Notes under the pieces: generated by a model
Seen by the model: only the letters and a program-made list of their open reading frames with translations
Databases searched by the model: none
What the model was told of the DNA's origin: nothing
Shown: positions 40,970 through 48,959 of the stretch, in pieces
Position numbering within the stretch: position 1 is the first letter of the stretch
Layout: every line of letters begins with the position of its first letter
Assembly: GCF_006345805.1 (NCBI RefSeq)
Contig: NC_043025.1
Coordinates: 11,408,001-11,472,000, forward strand
Length of the DNA: 64,000 bases
Direction of reading: 5' to 3'
DNA from: Octopus sinensis
Taxonomy: Eukaryota
Made by a program: the position numbers and the translations under genes

Positions 40970-42817
40970 GCAGAGAGACGGACAGACAGACAAATAAACA
41001 GATAGATAAGTAGAAGGTAGATAGACAGACAGACAGACAGACTGAGAGAAAGAAAGAGATTCTGTCGTAGTTCTTTATGAGGACATTTGGCAAACAATAG
41101 TCTTCTGGTTTGAGTCTTCTCAGAAAAAATGTTCTTCTGTCATTGCCTCACATTTGTGATTATAATCTCGTACATAATGTACAATAAAATGTCTGCTGTT
41201 AATTTATTAATTGGTGTTGATTAACTTTCTTTTATTTTTGTTATTTGCAGATGAAAATATTCATTCTGCCGCAAATGAAGAAACACGAAATGACTTTCAC
41301 TATGGGTGAGTGTTCTTGTGTGTGTGTGTGTGTGAGTGTACAGGTTGGGCTAAAATTTATACACCAGAACATTTGACAATTTATTATACACTAGCACTAT
41401 GACCTGGCAACGCCGGGTCATACTGCTAGTGCATGCATACACAGCTGCGTGCGTACTGTCCAAATCTCCGATCAATCATATACAGCTAGCTGGCATTCAA
41501 TTGGCGTATCAAGTTTCGGGCATTTTGATTGGGTTTTGGATAGAAAATTCACAAAAAAGTCACTTCTATTGATTTTTTAATAGCTTTGTTGGGTGACTGG
41601 GGAAATGTAAAGATGTGCACGACCACCCTTGGACAGTTTTCAATGACCATAGAAAGTGCGAGCTCTCTAACTGAAAAATTGTGGATTTGTATAAAGGACA
41701 CACACACACACACAGACATTTTGCCGTTTATATATATACTAGCAGTATCGCCCGGCGTTGCTCGGGTTGGTAAGGGAAATAACTATATAAGCATTTTTAG
41801 AGAGTTATAGCCAAAAAATAGCAAAAAATGCATTAAAAATGGAAAAAATATGATGGTAAATTTTTTTAAAAATCGTTGACTCATCGTAGACATTTTTAGA
41901 GAGTTACTTCCCTTATATAATAGCGAAAAAAAAATGCATTAAAATGGAAAAAAAACGATGGTAAATTTTTTTTAAATCGTAGACTCATGTAGACGCTTTC
42001 TTAGCCATTTCTGTTTTGGTGTCTTCAAGCCATGAAGTCGTTGTTGTTCTAAAAGAACACTGGTCTCCTTGACAACGCATTACGACGTTGATTTCCTTAC
42101 ACTCCCTTCCCCACAGGTGCAGGTGTGAGCGTGGACGCCAACTCCGCCGCCATCGACACACGAAAAATTATGCATTAAAATGGAAATAAAAAATGATGTT
42201 AAATTATTTTAAAATCGTAGACTCATCGTAGACGCGCGCTAATATTCAGACGGGCTCGATATGAATCACGACTATAAGCTACCCGAATTTGGTTAAACTG
42301 TACCACAAAATGTGGGAGTAGTTAGGAATCTAATCGAAGGGGACAGACACTCACACAACTACAGTTTTATATATAAGATATACATAGCGCAGTAGTGGTA
42401 GATATGACAGAGAAAAGAAAAGCATACATTCACTCTCTGCATGCAATTAGACTCGGAAAGTTCGTGAGGGAGGACCCATTGACCCAATTTGCTGACTTTT
42501 CCGATAGCACACAGGTGTCAATGAATGGTTGAATGACCAAATCCAAGCTTCTCTGCTAGTTCCTCAACAGTTACGATGATATTTTGTTCCACCAGGGTTT
42601 TCAGGATGTCCTTGTCGAGTTCTACAGATCTTTCAGGATGAGGCTCGTCTTCTAGGCTGTAGTTTATGGCTCGGGATTTCTGGAACCACCATTGACACTG
42701 CCTTACGCTTATTGTCCAATCCCCATATACTGCATTAATATTTCTTGTACTTTGCACACATTTATATTCTGTTATTCTTTTATATGTTTCAGCCTTGAGG
42801 TTGTGGCCATGGTGGAT

Positions 42818-42848
<31 letters not shown>

Positions 42849-45800
42849 CTATCTGTCTGTCTGTCTGTATGTATATATGTATATGTATGTGTGTGAACAA
42901 TAATATTTTCAACAGATGTGTTGCAAATGTATCTGATTGTTCTCAAGCTTCAATACTGTGTGTGTGTATGTGTTGTGTGTATGTATGTATGTATGTGTGT
43001 ATGTAGTGTATGTATGTATGTGTGTGTGTATGTATGGTGTGTGTTATGTGTGTGTGTATGTATGTATGTATGTATGTATGTATGTATGTATGTATGTATG
43101 TATGTATGTATGTATGAGTGTATGTTTACTTATACTAATTACTCTCTTCCAAGAACATTTTCACTCACTCTTAGCTCTTAGCTTCCCATACATTTTACTC
43201 ATGTATCTATCAGCGTCATAGACAGAATACTTTCACTTTAGTCTTCCTCAAATCACTCTGTTGCTATTTACTTTCATTTTTCGTTGCCCACTGTGTGTGT
43301 GCGTTTGCGTGTGGTGTAAACCAGACTAAGAAAAGCATTTGACACACACACCAGAATGTGAGTTTTCTGTAAATTTTGCTTAATTGGAGTTTAAATTTTA
43401 AAAACTGGACCTGGCATGACGCGATGCATTGTACTCTCAAAAATGCTAGGTAAATTGTAATTGAAGAAATCCTATATTGTAGATTTGTATAACTCCCAAA
43501 GGGAGGCAGATAAAATCTGCCTTTTATAATAAGAGATATAGAAGATAGCTGTTATGTGACAGCAGGGCATGCTAGAAATAGCAACCAAATATTTGGAGCC
43601 GAGATATGTTGAATGCACTCCAAAAACATTTTTATAATGGTATTCTCTTGGGGCAATCTTTCGTTTTAACTCTCAGAACTGTCATCTGGATCAGCTGGTT
43701 TTGTTTGTTAATTTCCCTAAAAATGTATTTATTTACTAGCACTATGACCTGGCATTGCCGGGTCATAGTGCTAGTGCATACATATACAGCTGTGTGCATG
43801 CGCACATACACGCGAGTACTGTCCAAATCTCCGACCAATCACATACAGCTAGCTGGCATTCAATTGGCGTATCAAGTTTCGGGCATTTTGATTGAGTTTT
43901 GGATAGAAAATTCACAAAAAAGTTACTTCTATTGATTTTTTAATGGCTTTGCGGGGTGACTGGGGAAATGTAAAGATGTGCACGACCACCCTTGGACGGT
44001 TTTGAATGACCATAGAAAGTGCGAGCCCTCTAACTGAAAAATTGTGGATTTGTATAAAGGACATGCACACACAGACATTTTGCCGTTTATATATAGAGAG
44101 ATTTGTGGGGTGACTGGGGAAATGTAAAGATGTGCACGATCACCCTTGGGCGGTTTTAAATGACCATAGAAAGTGCAAGCCCTCTAACTGAAAAATTGTG
44201 GATTTGTATAAAGGACATGCACACACAGACATTTTGCCGTTTATATATAGAGATTTGCGGGGTGACTGGGGAAATGTAAAGATATGCACGCCCATCCTTG
44301 GATGGTTTTGAATGACCATAGAAAGTGCGAGCCCTCTAACTGAAAAATTGTGGATTTGTATAAAGGACACGCATGCAGACATTTTGCCATTTATATGTAT
44401 AGAGATTTTGTTCATATGTAATATGTATATTTATCATTATTTTATTCAATTTTAGTAATGCCTAAAACAAGATCCCTCAAATGTGTAGAATTGATAGTAT
44501 TAAGAGAGATAGATTTATGCCAGGTGTCGAGAGGTTAAAGTATGAAAGAGTGATAGGCACAGTTGTCTTGCTGTCGAGGGGATACATGTTTATCATCATC
44601 GTCGTCATTTAGCGTCCGCTTTCCATGCTAGCATGGGTTGGACAGTTCAACTGGGGTCTGGGAAGCCAGAAAGCTGCATCAGGCTCCAGTCTGATCTGGC
44701 AGTGTTTCTATGGCTGGATGCCCTTCCTAACACCAACCACTCCACGAGTGTAGTGGGTGCTTTTTACGTGCCACTCGCACAGGTGCCAGACGGAGCTGGC
44801 AAACGTCCACGAACGGATGGTGCTTTTACATGCCACCAGCACGGGGGCCAGGCGAGGCTGGCAACGGACACGAATGGATGGTGCTTTTACATGTCACCGG
44901 CACGGGGGCCAGGCGAGGCTGGCAACGGACACGAACGGATGGTGCTTTTACATGCCACCGGCACGGGGGCCAAGCGAGGCTGGCAACGGACACGAACGGA
45001 TGGTGCTTTTTACATGCCACCGGCATGGGGGCCAGGCGAGGCCGGCAACGGCCACGATAGGATGGTTCGCTTAACCACAGCTGCAATTTCCACTGATGTT
45101 GATCGACCTCAATTTTGGTTCTGCTTTCTGATATCTGATTTGATTTGGTTTGATTTTGATTTTGACTGTCCTCACTGGTCTTGCCGGGTCTTCTCATGCA
45201 CAGCATACTTCCATAGGTCTCGCTCTCTAGTTTATGCAGGTAATAATAATAACAATAATAATAATAACAGATTAGGTGCTAGAGCTTAATAACTGGTACT
45301 TATTTTATCAACCCCGAAAGGATGAAAGGCAAAGTTGACCTCGGTGGAATTTGAACTCAGAATGGAGCAACAGGCGAAATACTGCTAAGCATTTTGTCTA
45401 GCATGCTAACGACTCTGCCAGATCACCACCATAATGATAATAATGGTTTCAAATTTTGCCACAAGAACAGCCATTTTGGGGGAGGAGGAGGATGATGATG
45501 ATGATGATGATTTGATGATGATGAGGATGATGATTTGATGATGATGATTTGATTTTGATGATGATGATTTGATGTTAATGATACTTTTATTTTTCTCTCT
45601 CCCTGTATCTGTACACAGCAGGGACATCAACAATACAGAAGAACTGTGTGGGAACTTTCTCTTGGAACTTTCTCCATTACTTCCAGAATGTGATTCAGGA
45701 TGTAAGCAGCAACTGGTGGTAGGTGGCATTCACTTCTCTCAGAACACTCTTGACTCACTTCCTTTAATGACCTACTCACCATATCCCAGTGACAATTCTG

Positions 45801-48477
45801 TCTCTGACGAGGAATTAGCCGATCTCCACCTCCCTGTTTCCTCCCAGCCTCTGTTGCAGCCATCCTTACGGCTCTCTCCTCAGTTACCTCACACCAATCA
45901 AACGGATCCGGGTGTGGATCCCGACTTGGAATCAGGTTCTGAAGCAGATCCTGTAAATAGGGGCCTGTTTTTGTCCAAGGAAGACAACTACTCCCAAGAA
46001 TATCCTCCACTTTCTCTTCATTGTCAGCCTCCACAGCAGCAACAGAAGCGTTTGCAGCAGTGGTGGAACACCTCCGAGCAGGAAGAGCCTGCTGTATGTG
46101 TACAAGAAAACAAATCCTTTAGTTGTAACTATCAAGATCAGCTGCAGCGACAAAAGCGGTGCGACATCCCGAAGCTAAAGGGAACAACTGTATGCATACA
46201 AAAGTATAAATCATCTGGTCATAATTATCAGCAGCAGCAGCAAAAACAGCAACAGCAGTGGCAATGGTGGAACACCCTTGGGCAGGAGGAGCAAACTGCA
46301 CATGTCAGAATGAATAAATCCCTTGAATTTCCTCATCAAGATCTATGTGATATATACAGGTAGGTGAAGTTTTACCTGTCCACCATCTGTCCCTTTTGAT
46401 GTTAATACATGTCTTTCTAGTGAAGGCGCATGGCTCAGTGGTTAGAGCGTTGGGCTTACGATCGTGAGGTTGTGAGTTCGAATCCTGGACCGGGCTGCGT
46501 GTTGTGTTCTTGAGCAAGACACTTTATTTCACGTTGCTCCAGTTCACTGAGCTGTAGAAATGAGTTGTGACGTCACAGGTGCCGAACTATATCGGCCCCT
46601 TTACCTTTCCCTTGGATACCATCGATGGCGCGGAGAGGAGGAACCTTGCCTGGACTTGTAAATTTCTAGATGCAATCCCATGGTCAGTCATGACCAAAGG
46701 GGAGGCACATGGCTCAGTGGTTAATGCATTGAGCTTACGATCATGAGGTTGTGAGCTCGAATCCTGGACCGGGCTGCGTGTTGTGTTCTTGAGCAAGACA
46801 CTTTATTTCATGTTGCTTCAGTTCACTCAGCTGTAGAAATGAGTTGTGACATCACAGGTGCCGAGCTGTATCGGCCCCTTTGCCTTTCCCTTGGATGACA
46901 TCGGTGGCGCGGAGAGGGGAGTCGGTATGCATGGGCGACTGCTGGTCTTCCATAAACAACCTTGCCCAGACTTGTGCCTGGGAGGGTAACTTTCTAGGTG
47001 CAATCCCATGGTCAGTCATGACCGAAGGTGGTCTCAACATGTCTTTCTGTCCACTAGACATCCTTCTCTCTACCCATATAAATCTGTTCATCAGTCTATT
47101 CATCTCTATCCATTTCTCTGTCCACCTTTCAGCCTATCTTGCTGTCCTTTCTCAATGTCTTTGCTCAGTGGCTTGCTCTGTCTCACTGACCATTATTACT
47201 GTCCATCTTTCTGTCTACATCTTTATCTTTCTGGTCTGTCTCTCTGTCTATCATGCGTTACTCAAGAAACAGGAAGAGAGAGTGAGAGAAAGTTGGGGGT
47301 GAAAGAGTACAGCAGGGATCGCCACCACCTCCTGCCGGAGCCTCGTGGAGCTTTTAGGTGTTTTCGCTCAATAAACACACACAACGCCCAGTCTGGGAAT
47401 CGAAACCGCCATATGTCGCTCTCAATCTCTCCCTATATTTATGCCCTATTTCTGTCTACTTCCCTGTCCATCTCTCTATACACCACCTTATCCGTTTCTA
47501 TGTCCATCTTTTTCTTCCTCTCTCTCACTATCACTGTCCATCAACTCTCTATCCACTTCTGTCCACCTCTTTGTCTATCTCTCTGCCCGTTTTGCCGTCC
47601 ATTTTTCACTATATCTCTCTTCACTATCTTTGTTAATCTTTCTATCTCTCTGTCCACCTCTCTCTCTCTCCATCTTTCTGTCCACACTCTCTATCCCTTC
47701 TTTGTCCACTTCTCTGCTCATCTTACTGTTCATCTTTTTATCTCTTTCTTCTAGCTGTCTCCTTTTCTGTTCCCCTGACTTCCTATTTTGCTGTCCATAA
47801 TTACGTCTACCATCTCAGTCTACCTCTCTCTTTATCTTTGTCCATCTCTTTACCCTTCTTGCTCTCCATCTTTATATCCTTATCCACTGTTTCTATCTAT
47901 CTCTCCGGATATGCCATTCTATCCATCTCACTTTTTACCTCTCTCACTATTTCTGTCTGACTTATTGCATTTGACCGTGGTCACTGCCACATCGATATTC
48001 TTCCCTGTGTTTGCGAAAGCTCTGTATCTCTGCCGTAAGGCTTCATTTCCACACACACCAGCTGAATTCAATTCGTCCCCAGTCGAAAGACACCTGTTGT
48101 TGTGTCCTGTTATTATTATTATTATTTTTATTGTATTTTGTATTTATATTTGTGTAACATCATCTGTTTTTCCGTCCTTGTTTTCGTATACATTCGATGC
48201 TTTCTTCCGAGGAATCTAAAGCTCTTAGCTTAGTTTTTCCTCGGGGCTGGCCAGATTGGAGCAATCTCAAGATTAATCAGCCGAAATTGCGAGGATGATC
48301 CAGTTCTTGACTGAAGATAGAAAGCTTCGAATGACCCGTCCTTGTTTTTTGTGAATCGTATATCTGGATGTTTTGTTGTCTCTTTTTGTATCACCTAGTT
48401 GTCCGGATGTTTTACGTTCTTGTCCCATTTTGTATTTTATATATAGCAGTGTACGTACACTTTGTTCTGTATATATA

Positions 48478-48515
<38 letters not shown>

Positions 48516-48924
48516 TCTTTTACTCTTTTACTCTTTTCAGTCATTTGACTGCGGCCATGCTGGAGCACTGCCTTTAGTCGAGCAAATCGACCCCGGGATT
48601 TTATTCTTTGTAAGCCCAGTACTTATTCTATCGGTCTCTTTTGCCGAACCGCTAAGTGACGGGGACATAAACACACCAGCATCAGTTGTCAAGCAATGCT
48701 AGGGGGACAAACACAGACACACAAACATACACACACACACATATATATATATACGTATATATGACGGGCTTCTTTCAGTTTCCGTCTACCAAATCCCCTC
48801 ACAAGGCTTTGGTCGGCCCGAGGCTATAGTAGAAGACACTTGCCCAAGATGCCACGCAGTGGGACTGAACCCGGAACCATGTGGTTGGTAAACAAGCTAC
48901 TTACCACACAGCCACTCCTGCGCC

Positions 48925-48959
<35 letters not shown>

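Noticed and set aside
42447-42946. Domesticated mariner transposase (SETMAR-like)
   Set aside because: Frameshifted, interrupted by microsatellite, no catalytic domain or start
45569-45618. Signal-peptide-like start [17 protein letters not shown] of the 264-aa ORF
   Set aside because: It is the intronic pyrimidine tract read in frame with exon 21
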